64,000 bases of DNA from Blastocladiella emersonii ATCC 22665 (Eukaryota; Fungi; Blastocladiomycota). The notes beneath the pieces are model-generated. The model had not been told where the DNA came from. It searched no databases and was given only the letters and a program-made list of their open reading frames with translations. Of this stretch, positions 50,474 through 62,053 are shown piece by piece. Position 1 is the stretch's first letter. Each line of letters starts with the position of its first letter. The position numbers and the translations under genes were made by a program. The stretch covers positions 372,001 to 436,000 of the forward strand of contig JANHCV010000005.1 in assembly GCA_025594325.1 (NCBI GenBank), read 5' to 3'.

Positions 50474-53149
50474 ATGCTCTCCGCCGTCGCTGCCGCCGCG
50501 ACCTCGTCGTCAGCGACCCGCTCGCTCTCCCCGCACCGCGCATCTCAGCTCGCCGCCTCGCTCGCCTCGGCCATGTCCTCGTCCTCGATGCACGCTCCCG
50601 CCCCGCATCAGTCCTCGGGCGGATCAGGCCTCCCGCCGCCGCCCATCCCGCCGCGCCCGAGCGCCGCCGCGCTGCTGTCCCTGACCACTTCTGCGGTGAC
50701 CGTCGCGACCGCGGAGGTCGTCGCGTCTGCGCCACCACCACCCGCTGCGACCATGGCCTCGCCGCCGCTCCCCTCGCGCCACGTGCCGTCGTCGCTCGAG
50801 CCCTTCACCGTCGACGACGCGCCTGCCCTTGCCACCACCACCACTGCGCCGGCGCCACCGCCCCTGCCGCGCCTCGGCACCCTGCGCACGCTCGGGTCGC
50901 GCATGACGCGCTCGCTCGTCACCAAGACCGCCCCGCCGACCGACCCGGTGCCGCACGCGCACCTGCACCACGAGCCGCCGCCGTCTTCCGAGCTGGACTC
51001 TGCGGCAACCACAACCTCGGCGTCGCCGACCGCGACCTCGCCCGCGACCGCGCGGACCACGGGGTTCCGCGCCGCCGCGCGCGCGTGGAAGGTGTCGGCG
51101 TCGGTCGTGGCGCGCCGCGGGGTCGAGGCCGCGACGCGCGCGGCGGCGGCGGCCGCTGTCTCGGTCACCTCGTCCGCATCCCAGGAACCCGTCGTCACGA
51201 GCGACGCGTCGTCGGCCGACTCGGTCTCCACGTCTTCGTCGTCTTCGCCCGCGATCAACGCGTCAACGCTCAGCGGCGCGACCGACGTGGTCGTGGTGCA
51301 GCACCCGGACGGGTCGCGGCGCGGCACCCCGTTCCACGTGCGGTTCGGCCGGTTCAAGGTCCTGCGCCCCGAGAACCACCGCGTCGCCATAGTCGTCAAC
51401 GGCCGCGTCCTGCCCTACGTCCTGCGCGTCGGGTCCGACGGCGTCGCTACGTGGTGGCGCGACGAGACGGGGAACCTCGTGGTCCGTGCGCCCTCGGTTG
51501 CACGCGCTGGGACCGACGAAGACCCGGTGTCACCCGTCGTCGCCGCCGAGCCGCGCGGGCGCGTCAAGGGCGAGCCCGAAGGGAATGGTGACGCGCGCGA
51601 GCGATCCCATTCGCGCGGGTCGCGGTGGGCCGCCGCGCTACGCTCGACGACCGGCCGGTCACGCAGCGGGTCCGGCTCGCTCCCGCCACTCGACCGCGAG
51701 GCCGCTGCTGCGCTGACCTCGGTCCTCGCTGCCGACTCCCCTGACGTCCCGCAGCCCGCGCGCTCGACCGGATCACCGCCCACCCTCGCCGCCTCGGTCA
51801 CGGGCGACGCGATCCCGCGCACCGCCTCGCCGACCCACGTCAGCAGCGACTCGTCGTCCGACGACGCTGTGCAGGTGCCAATCCCCCAAACGCCCGCCGA
51901 CTCGCTCATGACCGACGTCCCGCTCGGCCCGCCCGCCCCCGCGCCTGCGCCCATCTCGACCGCCCCGCTCCCCGCGCGCACGCTTTCTGGGGGAAGTGGT
52001 GGCGCCGAGAGCCCGTCGCGCCGGCACCGCCTGCTGCACAAGCTGCCGTCGACCTTCTCCTCCGGCACCTCGCCGCGGACGTCTTTCGAGGACAGCGACG
52101 CCGCGCCGCCAGTCCCACGCCGGTCCAACTCGTCCTCCACCACCTCCTCCTCCACCGCTGAAAACATGCTCACCCTGACCCCCGCCGAACTCGCCGCCGT
52201 CCCTTTGCACTGGGGCGCCAACGACATCCAGTACGTGACGGGCCCGAACCGTCGGGGCGGGTGGGACCGCGTGCCCGCGCGCATCTGGCTCTGGCCCGCG
52301 ACCTCCACGCGCGTCGTCGTCAGCGACATTGACGGGACCATCACGCGGTCCGACGCGCTGGGCCTGATCCTGCCCGCGGTGTTTGGGATGACGTACGCGC
52401 ACCTCGGCGTCGCGCAGCTGTACGCGGCGATCGCCGCGCAGGGGTTCGCGTTCCTGTACCTCACGTCGCGCGGGATCGGGCAGGCGCAGGCGACGAGGAG
52501 CTACCTCGCGTCGGTGCGGCAGGCCGCGGGGGAGGCGGATACCTTGACGCTGCCCGACGGACCCGTCTTGACGTCGCCCGACGGCCTCCTGACGGCGCTC
52601 CGCCGCGAGGTCGCCGCGCAGCCCAACGCGCAGACGCCCGCCGAGTTCAAGGCACACACGCTGCGCCAGGTCTCGGCGCTGTTCGACTCCCCCTCCGCGA
52701 CGCCCGTCTTTGTCGCCGGGTTCGGCAACCGCGAGACCGACGCCGCCGCGTACGCGGCCGCCGGGATCCCGCCGTCGCACACGTTCCTGGTCGACCCGGC
52801 GGGCGCCGTGTCGGTCGTGGCCCCCGGCAAGTGGATGTCGGCTACGGGTGTTCCCGCGGCGGACGCGGCGGCGGCGGTGCGCGAAGTCGACGTGTACGGC
52901 CCGTGGAGCGCGTCCGCGTCACCGACCGCTGCGAGTCCCGCGGGGCCGCTGACGGTCGCAAGGGAACCCGAACAGCAACCCACGACGACGACAAGCTACA
53001 CCGCGCTGCTCGACCACGTCCACGACCTGTTCCCGGCGCTCCCGACGGCGGCGCACGCGGCGATTGAGCTCGTCGATATGTCGCCGCCCGTGTCGAGTGC
53101 GCGGCTCGGACCACGGGGTGATGATACCCAAGAGGTCAGGTTGATGTAA
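50474..53149 (+). CDS. PAH1: Lipin / phosphatidate phosphatase (NLIP + LNS2 HAD domain)
   Basis: NLIP 'TLSGATDVVVVQHPDGSRRGTPFHVRFGRF' and catalytic 'VVSDIDGTITRSD', 'FLYLTSRGIGQ', 'LPDGPVLTSP' and 'AGFGNRETD'. First ATG of the ORF is at 50474. Confidence 0.9.
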   Translation: MLSAVAAAATSSSATRSLSPHRASQLAASLASAMSSSSMHAPAPHQSSGGSGLPPPPIPPRPSAAALLSLTTSAVTVATAEVVASAPPPPAATMASPPLPSRHVPSSLEPFTVDDAPALATTTTAPAPPPLPRLGTLRTLGSRMTRSLVTKTAPPTDPVPHAHLHHEPPPSSELDSAATTTSASPTATSPATARTTGFRAAARAWKVSASVVARRGVEAATRAAAAAAVSVTSSASQEPVVTSDASSADSVSTSSSSSPAINASTLSGATDVVVVQHPDGSRRGTPFHVRFGRFKVLRPENHRVAIVVNGRVLPYVLRVGSDGVATWWRDETGNLVVRAPSVARAGTDEDPVSPVVAAEPRGRVKGEPEGNGDARERSHSRGSRWAAALRSTTGRSRSGSGSLPPLDREAAAALTSVLAADSPDVPQPARSTGSPPTLAASVTGDAIPRTASPTHVSSDSSSDDAVQVPIPQTPADSLMTDVPLGPPAPAPAPISTAPLPARTLSGGSGGAESPSRRHRLLHKLPSTFSSGTSPRTSFEDSDAAPPVPRRSNSSSTTSSSTAENMLTLTPAELAAVPLHWGANDIQYVTGPNRRGGWDRVPARIWLWPATSTRVVVSDIDGTITRSDALGLILPAVFGMTYAHLGVAQLYAAIAAQGFAFLYLTSRGIGQAQATRSYLASVRQAAGEADTLTLPDGPVLTSPDGLLTALRREVAAQPNAQTPAEFKAHTLRQVSALFDSPSATPVFVAGFGNRETDAAAYAAAGIPPSHTFLVDPAGAVSVVAPGKWMSATGVPAADAAAAVREVDVYGPWSASASPTAASPAGPLTVAREPEQQPTTTTSYTALLDHVHDLFPALPTAAHAAIELVDMSPPVSSARLGPRGDDTQEVRLM

Positions 53150-53215
53150 TAAAGACTGGTTATCGTGTGTATATAGGGCAAAAGTAGTTGGTTCATTTAC
53201 AGACTCTCTCGACAG

Positions 53216-56200
53216 CTAACCCACGGCGGCGAGCGCGACCTCATCCCCGCCCTGCGAAGGCGGCGCCGCCTGCTCGGCGGCCAGGATCGACGTGATGGGC
53301 GGGAGCACGATCCGCGGCGACGGCGGCGTCTGCGCGGGCGTCGGGCCCGACCCGCGGCGGCCGCCGCCCACCACGACGGACGCCGTGACGACGGGTGGCG
53401 CCGGCGGCATCTCGAGCGGGTACAGGTCGGCCGCCGACGGCGGGGTCGGGAACAGGACCCCGCCCGCCGAGGAGGTGATCGGGTTCGGCCCGTGCTCGTA
53501 CCGCCGCGCACCAGGCGCGTACCGCTGATGCGGATGCGGGGGCAGCGTCGCGGGCGTGCGCGGCGGCGGGACACGCAGGACGGGCCGCGGCGCCATCACC
53601 GGTGCCGCCACGGGTGCGGGCGGCTCGTACGCGCGCCAGTCGGTGAGCCCGGCCGTTCCCGCGACCCACCCCGCGCCCGTCTTGATCCCGGTACCGCGGT
53701 GCGGCGTCCAGAACTGCGCGGCCGCGTCGCGCGCGAACCCGGCCTCGGCCGCCGCGACGTACCAGTGCGCGATCGCCGGCATCGCCGCGCAGGGTCCCGC
53801 GCCCGCGCCGCGCGCCGCGAGCGACATGGCGGCCGCGAGGTCGCGGACAGCGGCGATCTCGCGCGGGGTCGGCGGCGCCGCGAGCGCGAGGGCGAGGTAC
53901 ACGGCGACGGCGTGGTACAGGGCCTCGACGAGCGTCACGCCGACGACCGCGGCGGCAGCGGAGGTGCGGGAGCGGAGAGCCCACCGCGCGAGGTGCACGA
54001 GGCTCGCGGCGGCGTCGAGGCAGATCGAGACCGAGGGCGAGGCCGCAAGGTTCGCCCCCGGCGTCCGCGCGACGTTCAGCGCGTGTGGGCGGTGCAGCGC
54101 GATCATGGCCGAGTAGTACAGGCAGTGCAGGTCGAGGACGTGCGGGTGCGGCGGCTGCGCGGCGGTTCCATGCTCAATGTCGAGGTCCAGCTCGAGTGCC
54201 ACGGGCCACGCGTTGCGCGCGTCCGTCAGCCGCGCGTGCAGGTCGTGCAGGTCGGCCTGCGCGACGGGCGCGCCGCGCGGGTGGCTGACGGCGTCGACGA
54301 CGGCTGCGGCTGCGCGGAGGAGGTTCGCCTGGGCTGCGTCGAACGCGGACGGCGAAGCGGTGGGGGACGGGAACAGGTCGGCGGGAAGCGACACGGGCCG
54401 GTCTAGGAGCGACGCGAGCCGGACGTGGTCGCGGACGAGCGCGGGGAGGAGCGCGCGAATGGGAGCAGATGAGCTGGTGTTGATGAGCGTCGCGCCCTCG
54501 ACCGCGCGCACCGCCGACCCGACAGCCGTCCACGCCGCCGCGTAGTGGCCGCGCGCGAGGTGCGTCTGGCCGAGCACGTACATTGCCGCGACCGCGTACA
54601 CGAGCCCGCTTTCGGACGGCGCGGCAAGCGCGACCGCCGCATCCTGCGCGACCGCCGCGATCCACCCCGCCACAGTCGCCGCGTGCAGCGGCGGGACGCG
54701 TTCGGCAAACGACGAGGCCGCGAGCGCCGCGACGGCGAGGACGAGCGGGGCGGCCGTCGGGTCGCTGGGCGACGCCGCGACGGCGTCCCGCGCCGAGGCG
54801 AGCCACTGCTGCACGGGGGAAGGCAGCGCGTGCCCCGCCTCGGCGCAGTACACGTGCACGAGGTCGGTCGCGGTGCGCCAGTCGTCGAGCAGCGCGGCGA
54901 GCGAGCGCGAGTGTGTGGGGGGTGCGGGAGGGGCTGAGCGCGGCGCGGCGGGAGGGGCGTAGGCGGGCTGCTGCGGCGGAGGGGCCGGGTGGGTATGGTA
55001 CGCAGGCACGGGCACTGGAGCTGGCGCTGCTGGCGCGGGAGCAGGAGCAGCGTGGTAATGCTGCTGGGTGCGCGGGTGATGGCGGTTCTCGGCGGGCGGG
55101 TAGCTCACGGGGTGCGCCGCCTGCTGCGGCTGCGGGTGCTGCGGGTAGTCGTAGGCGGCGGTCGCTGACGACGCGGCCCACGACGACGGCGGCGACGCAG
55201 CGACGCGGTGGTCGGGCTGCTGCTGCTGGTACCGCGGCGCAGCAGCGTACCCATGGTGCTGGTGCTGGTGAATCGAGGGCGGGCTGGCCGAGAGCGAGCC
55301 GTGGTAGCTGCTGGTGGCGTGGATTGGGGCGGCGGGATGCGGCGGCGGCGGGGGCGGCTGGTAGTGCGACGGCGCCGGCTGCTGCTGAGCGTGGGGGTGG
55401 GGGTGGTACTGGATCTGGTGGTAGTGGTGGAGCGCCGGCGGCGGCTGCGGTGTTGATCCGTTGACGGACGGCGAGCTGGCGGGTGCTGGCGCGGGGGCGG
55501 GGGCGGCAGGCAGGAGCTGCGGGCCGGCGTGGTGCTGCGGCGCCTCGTCCTCGTCGCCGCTGCGGTCGACGGCGAGGACCTGCTCGAGGTCCGAGACGCG
55601 CTGCTGCAGGGCGTTGATGTAGTTTCTACGCGGGCCTGGCAACGGACAAGTGCGTGAGCAATGGAACCAGGACGGGCGAGGATGGCAGGGACGAGAGGCC
55701 TGTGTGATCGGGAGGCCGCCGAGCGCGACGCGCGGGCAGGCGGCGGCAATCGGGATCCGGGGCGCTGGGTGCGGGGGGATGGATCCGTGGCGTCGGGCGC
55801 GCGCGAGGCGGATCGGATGCCGGCGAGGCTTGCCGCGTTCGCGCGCGTGTGGCGCCTCCCACGCTGAGCCACGCGCGCCACGGTGCCCGATGCGCCGGCC
55901 CGATTCAGCCGGGCACGCGCGCCCCCGCACCACTTGTTTCCGTGCCGTGCCGCGCCGCACCGCAGAGCACGGCAGAGCGCAGCACGCTTCGGCGAGGAGG
56001 AGGACAAGGGAGACGAGACACGCGTTTCGGATCCGTGCTGACCGACCATGGCGACGCGTCAACTGGCCGCGGCCGCGGGCGTGCAAACCCGAGCCGGGCC
56101 GGCGCCCGATCCGATCCCGCATGAGCGAGCGCGTGTGCGGGTGTGGGAGTGAGGGAGACGATGCATGGGAGAGGGTTTCCGGGAGAACTTTGTGCCGCCG

Positions 56201-57584
56201 CCGCAGCAAGGGGAGCAAATCCGAGACAGGCGCTCGTCGCCGTCGCCGTCACCGCCAAGCCGTGGCCCGGTGCAATCACCGAGATCGAGGCCGTTGCGCG
56301 GGAGACGCGCGAGCGGTTGCGCGGCATGAGACCCCACGGCGATGACAAGGCTACGAACGCGTGCAGCGGAGACGCGTGCAGCGGCCACGACGCGTCGCGG
56401 GAGACGGCGGTCTGGTGGCGGGCAGGCGCGGACAAGGCCTTGGCGAAGGCGGCGGCGGCGGCGATCTCGGAACGCCATGGCCGTGCCGAGCCAGCGGCTC
56501 CGGCGGCGTCGGGTCGGCAGGGATGAGGCATTTCGGGACGAGCGACGGGAGTGGAGGGAAGGGGAGGGAGAAGACCAGCCGGGCCGACGATGGCGCAGCT
56601 ACGAAAGAAGAGAAATGTACCCGTACCTCGCTTGCGCATCACGGTGCGGTACGCGCAGTCGTCGGGCTGCCCGAGTCCCTTGCAGGGCCCGCACGGCACG
56701 TTTCCGTCGCACTACGTGTTCAGGAGTCGGGGGAGACGCGTGTGGTGTGTGGGTGAGCATCACGATCGCAGCGCCATGGGAGACGTCAGCCGCCATCGCC
56801 CGCGAACAAACCGTACCTTGATCTTGCGCCGCCGGCACGTATCGCACGCCTTGGTCAGCCGCTTGCGCCGCCGCGGCGGCACCTGGTCGGCGGCACCCGA
56901 GCCCGTCGTGGCGGCGGCCGTGGGGCCGGCCTCGTCGTTGGACCCGGACGCGTCCGCAGTGGGGGCGGCGGGGGCGGAGGTAGTCGACGACGACGGCTTA
57001 CGCGCGCGGCGCGTGTTCGCGGCAGGCGTACTTGTTCCGGCGGCACCGCGGCCGGTCCCGTGGGACGCGCCGCCCGCCGCTGCCGGGAGACGCGCTTCCG
57101 AACCGACACCGTCGGCGACGCCTTGGCGACCGCTCGCGGACGAGTTGCCGCGCTTGCGCTTGCGCTGCGGGCCGGCCGTGTCGGACCACTCGTCGTCGTC
57201 GTCGTCGTCGTCATCTTCGGCGTACTGCGGGCGCGCCGACGCCGCCGCGGCGTAGTGGTACTGCTTGTGGTGGTCATGGCCGGCGTGGTGGCCGCCGCCG
57301 TACTGCGACTGCTGCTGCGGCATGAAGCGCGCGTCGCCGCTGCTGCCGTCGTGCCCGTTGGCGGCGGGATGGTGATGGAACCGCTGATGCGCGTGGCCGG
57401 GCGCCGGTGCGCGGTACGCGTCGTGATCGCCGGCGGCTGCGGCGGCCGCGGCCGTGAGCGCGTCGAGGCCCGACGCCGACGAGTTGGTGGAGGTGGAGGT
57501 AGGGCCGGCGGGCGCCATGGGTGGCGAGGCGAGAGAGGGAGGGGAGGTGGAGTGGCGATCGAGGCAAGGAGGGGGAGCGTCCAT
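53216..57584 (-). CDS. Zn(II)2Cys6 fungal transcription factor with C-terminal fungal TF middle-homology-like region, 3 exons
   Basis: Exons 57584-56817, 56711-56627 and 55635-53216; introns 56816-56712 and 56626-55636 are GT..AG and the spliced length of 3273 nt is in frame. This reconstitutes 'ACDTCRRRKIK/CDGNVPCGPCKGLGQPDDCAY..KRG/PRRNYINALQQRVSDLEQ', and later 'LHCLYYSAMIALHRP' and 'SICLDAAASLV'. Confidence 0.88.
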
Positions 57585-59086
57585 GACGGACGCGTGGGTG
57601 TGGAGGAGAACCGGGTGCAAGCAGTGAGGAGAGGGAGCGCGGGCGCGGACGCGGAGCACAGAGGTCGGCTTTGACTCTAGCGGAGCCGGCGATGGGCGAT
57701 GCGGCGGGACGCGCTTGGCGGGGTGGGGGGCGCGCGGGGAGCGGGGGAGCTGGGGCGGGGCGGCCGGAATGCGGACACGGGTGGGAGACACGGCGCCGCG
57801 GTCGGGAGAAGGGGAGGGAGGGGAGAGCGAGCGAGAGCGGCCGCGCGACTTGGGCGGGGAGGGCGGCGGCGACGGCGACCCCGACTCAAGCACGCACGCA
57901 CGCGGATGAATGTGGAGAACAAGGCAGCCCCCGGGTCGGTAAGAATAGCGGAGGCCGGCCGGCGATGGCGGTGGCTCCGGTGGCGACGGCCGCGCGCGCG
58001 CCGGGACGCCGTGACGCCGACGCCGGCCGCCGCGGCAATCCGGATCGGGGCCGCACCTGGCCGCCCTGCAACGGCTCGCACCCGGAGAAAAAATCGGCCA
58101 CGCGCCGGACCCCGGTCCCAAGCGCCCGGCGCCCTTGTCCGCGCCGACGCGACGCGAGGCGCGGGTTCGCTGAACCCAACGAACAAGCCGAGCTCGGAGC
58201 TCATCACTGCGTGCACGCACTCGTCGTGGCCGTGGCCGTGGCCAGCGCGTCTCGCCGCGACGCGTCGCCACGATGGCCGCAGGAGCAAACCCTCCGCCGC
58301 GGCGGTCACGGCGGCGATGGCGGCAGGGCTTACGTGTCGCGGACTTCGGAAGAGCACCACCTTCCGGCACCAGGTGCGCACTTCTCCTCCCTGCCTGCCT
58401 GCCCCGCGCGGACAACAGCCGGCCGGCCCGGATGGACCTCCTTCCCCAACTCTTCCGTGCCGTCGCCGCGGGCGGATCGCGGCACTTTGGGCCCGCGTGG
58501 CGAATCGTGTCGTATTTACAACGGCCGCCGTGAAGCCGAGCACCAGATGGCCGCGATCCGCTTCGCCCACCATCGCACCCTCGTTCCTGGCGACTAATGA
58601 ACGCGACCATGAAGCGCGCTGCGCCGTCCCGTCTCCACCAAACCGGAACAAGGCCGAGGTCGCCGCCAGCCACCATGTCCATCCGGGCGTACCGCAATGT
58701 AGTAAGAAAATCGGTCGCGTGGTTCCCGAGCTGCGAGAACAACGGGGAGCGAAAAATACGCCCGTGTGCGGCCGCCGGTCTGATCGGGTCGCTGATGCCG
58801 GCTAAACGCTCTTCCGTTCTAACACGACGCGTCGCTTCACGTCGTGTTTCTGGACCCGCCAGAGTTTCAGAGGTGGTTGCATCACACGCGGACGAGGGGG
58901 AGTGAGAACGAAATAGAGCTGCTGCATTCATGAGGGGAACGTGATGGGCAGGCGGGCGCGAGTGGGTGGTGGTGTGGTGGTGGAGAATGAACAAAAAGTC
59001 GGGATCGGGAGGAGAGCGCGCGTGTCCGCGAGCGGATCACGCGCGAGGTGTGCAGGAGGTCGCGAGCGAGGCGACGGGCGAGCGGC

Positions 59087-60500
59087 TTAGCGGCGGTACT
59101 CCTCGCGGCGGGGGACCGGGCTGCGGCTGCGCGAGTAGCGGCGCGACTCCTCGCGACGGGGCTCCTCGCGGCGGGGCGAGCGCGAGCGGCGGCGGCTCTC
59201 GCGACGGGGGCTACGGTCACGGCTGCGGTCGCGGCGGTACGCGGGGCTGCGGCTGCGGCGGCGCTCGTCCTACATGGTCCGGTGTGAGCGCGTTGCGCGC
59301 GCCGATGCGCTCCGAGAAGAGTGTAACGTACGCGGCGGGGACTGCGACTGCGACTGCGGCCACGGCCGCCACTGCTGCCGGTGGTGTCGACAATGTAGAT
59401 GGTCTTGCCCATGAAGTTGCTGCGGTCCATCTTGCGCACACAGTGGCGCACGTCCTCGGGGTACGTGAACTCGACGATGCTACACGCGTAACGGAGGGTC
59501 AGTCGCTGGTTCGGCGAGCGAGAGCGATCGAGACAAGCGAAAGCGTACCCCTCGCGGCGAGCAAAGTCGACGTCGGCGAACTGGACCTTGCCGATGGCGC
59601 GGAAGTGGTCCTTGAGCTGCTGCCAGGTCACGTCGGGGAGGTTCTCGACAATGACGCGGTGGCCGGTGCCCTGGCGACTATGGGAGGAGAAGAGGGGGAG
59701 GAGAAGGGGTTGGACCGCGCGCGCAGGGTGAACTTGTGTGAGCGAGAGGAACCAAGCGGATCGACACGAGTCGCGCCCGCCACGATACCGAGCCGTCGTC
59801 GCCGTCCGGACCTGGGGCTAATGACCTGGTCGCGTCCTACGCGCCCACGCGAGACACGGGCGGCGATACCCAGTGCCCGCGACGCACGTCGCCACGTCCG
59901 CTCCCACGGTGTCCCACGAATGACACCCGCCCGTGCAGAGCCCCAGACACTACCAAACGCACGGACGCCGGACCACAGGAACCGACGAGCAGGATGGACA
60001 TGGACGACGACGCGCACGAGCCAGGAACAGGAGCAGGAGCAGGAACATGCCAGCGGACAGACGAGCTCGGGCGGCGCGACCCATCATCGGTTGAACCAGG
60101 AAACATACGCGGAACCGGTGAGGCGGGGACGAGCGGGCTCGACCGAGACACTAGATGGCGGGCGAGAAGGATTTGGTCAGCGTGCTTGTTTGGAGCCAGC
60201 AAGGCAAGCGGGGAGAGAAGCACGTACACCTGGCCCATGAACTCGGTGCGGTTCAGCTTGTCGATGCAGTTGCGGGCCATGTCCTCGGTGGTGAACTCCT
60301 ACGAGCGCGTCGCGCGGCGTGTCGCCTGAGTGAGCGCCCTCGAGGACGTAGAGCAAGCGAGGGAAACGTACAACGAAGCCGTAGCCATCCTTGATAGTCA
60401 GCTCAATGTGGTCGCGGAACTCGCCGAGGAAATCCTGCAGGTCGTCGCGGGTGACCGAGTGCGGCAGGTTGCCGATGAAGCAGCGCGTGAAGCCCGACAT
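59087..60500 (-). CDS. SR-family splicing factor (two RRMs + RS domain; SRSF4/5/6- or Srp2-like), multi-exon
   Basis: RRM1 'RCFIGNLPHSVTRDDL...KDGYGFV', RRM2 'HRVIVENLPDVTWQQLKDHFRAIGKVQFADV' and an RS tail 'RSRSRSPRR/DERRRSRSPAYRRDRSRDRSPRR...EEYRR*' ending at TAA 59089-59087. Several GT..AG introns, including a 431-nt one at 60108-59678. Confidence 0.88.
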
Positions 60501-60851
60501 GGTGGTGGGTGGTAGAGGCGAGGAGCGGTCGGTGGAGCGAGCTGCGTGGAGTTGCGTAGCGTTCGCCGAGTCGGTGCGATTCCTCTGAGGTTCAGCGAGC
60601 GAGGGGATGGTCGGCTGCGCCGAAGCAGGGGGGCGGAGCACCAACGCGCGGAAAAGCGTCGCGGCTTGGCGCATCAGCTGACACGGCCTGACACCGCGAA
60701 TCGCCTCGCCTTTTCGCGCTTCTCGCCGTCGGCTCTTCTTGCTCCCGGAGATCCGCTTTTGCTACGAATCAAGCTCATACCCGACTGCGTGCAACGGCTT
60801 TGTGACCGCTCGAGACCTCGCTTCGCATCACTCGACCGCCGCCAAATCATC

Positions 60852-61738
60852 ATGGTCAAGCTCACGGCCGACCTCATCCAATCGGCGGACGCCTTCATCA
60901 ACTGCGTCGACGACCGCGAGCTCAACCTGCGCGGTGTGTAATCGCGTCTCCTTCTCGACTCTCTTTCGAGACCAGCTCCCCGCTGACGCGTGGTGGCGGT
61001 ACATGCCCGTAGGCCGCCGCATCCCCGCGATTGAGAACCTGGGCGCGACCAAGAACCAGTTTGACCTGATCAACCTGGCCGACAACGAGATCCGCGTGCT
61101 GGGCAACATCCCACAGCTGCCGCGGCTCAAGGGCCTGCTGCTCGCGGGCAACCGGATCGCGACCATCGAGGAGGGCCTCGAGGTGTCGGTCCCGGAGCTC
61201 ACCTCGCTGATCCTCACCAACAACCAGGTGAGCGAGCTCGGCGACCTCGACGCGCTCGCGCCGCTGACCCAGCTCACGCACCTGTCGCTGCTCGGCAACC
61301 CCGTCGCGCGCAACCCCGACTACCGCGCCTACGCCATCTTCCGCATCCCGTCCCTGCGCGTGCTCGACTTTGAGCGCGTCCGCGACGCCGAGCGCAAGGC
61401 CGCCCGTGCCATGTTTACCGCCGAGGACGGGTCCGCCAACGACCGCGCCAAGCTCCACGCGTCGTCGCGGTCCATGGACGTGGACGCGGAGCCAAGCGGA
61501 GCGGTGCCCGCGGTGCCCGCGGCCAAGTCTATGGCTACGGCGGGGATGAGTCCCGAGGAGACGGCTAAAATCATGGTGCGCTTGTCCGCCTCATTCGAGC
61601 TGCTGCCCTGCTGGACCACTCATTATCTTCACCGTACCGTAGGAGGCGATCCGGAATGCCACGTCGCTCGACGAGATCCAGCGGTTGGAAGAGCAGCTCG
61701 CGCGCGGCAAGGTGCCAGCAAACTCGCGCCGGTCGTAA
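60852..61738 (+). CDS. SNRPA1: U2 snRNP protein A' (leucine-rich repeat), 246 aa, 3 exons
   Basis: Exons 60852-60933, 61013-61575 and 61643-61738 (741 nt, in frame). 'MVKLTADLI...RELNLRG/RRIPAIENLGAT', LRRs, LRRcap 'YRAYAIFRIPSLRVLDF' and C-terminal 'AIRNATSLDEIQRLEEQL'. Confidence 0.93.
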
Positions 61739-62053
61739 CGAGTGCAACACGAGGTGCCTCGCCTCGACCAGTTTTCTCTCCCCACAAAAATACAACGCGT
61801 TCAAAAATTGTACCGCCATGTGCGAATGAACGACGCGCCGGCTGACAGACGTGCCACGCTGCTCACGGCGGGCTGGCGGCGCCATCGGGCAGCAGAGTGG
61901 TGGCAAAAACATCGCGTCGCCCTCTCTTCGCGCGTCGCGGCGCTCGCGCTCCCTCTGCGCCCCTCGCAGCGTGTATCGCCGTGGCCCCTCTCGCACGCGC
62001 ACGCGTCTCCTCCCCGCCCGCAACTCCACGCAACGCAACGAACGATTGTCGCC

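Noticed and set aside
58821-58848. 9-bp hairpin AACACGACG-N10-CGTCGTGTT downstream of the SR gene
   Set aside because: A single short stem with no other support for an ncRNA or regulatory role.
57585-58994. N-terminal 470 aa of the 744-aa ORF 56760-58994 as part of the transcription factor
   Set aside because: It starts at a non-ATG codon and is an Arg/Pro-rich translation typical of GC-rich promoter/UTR DNA; coding-type bias begins near 57584.
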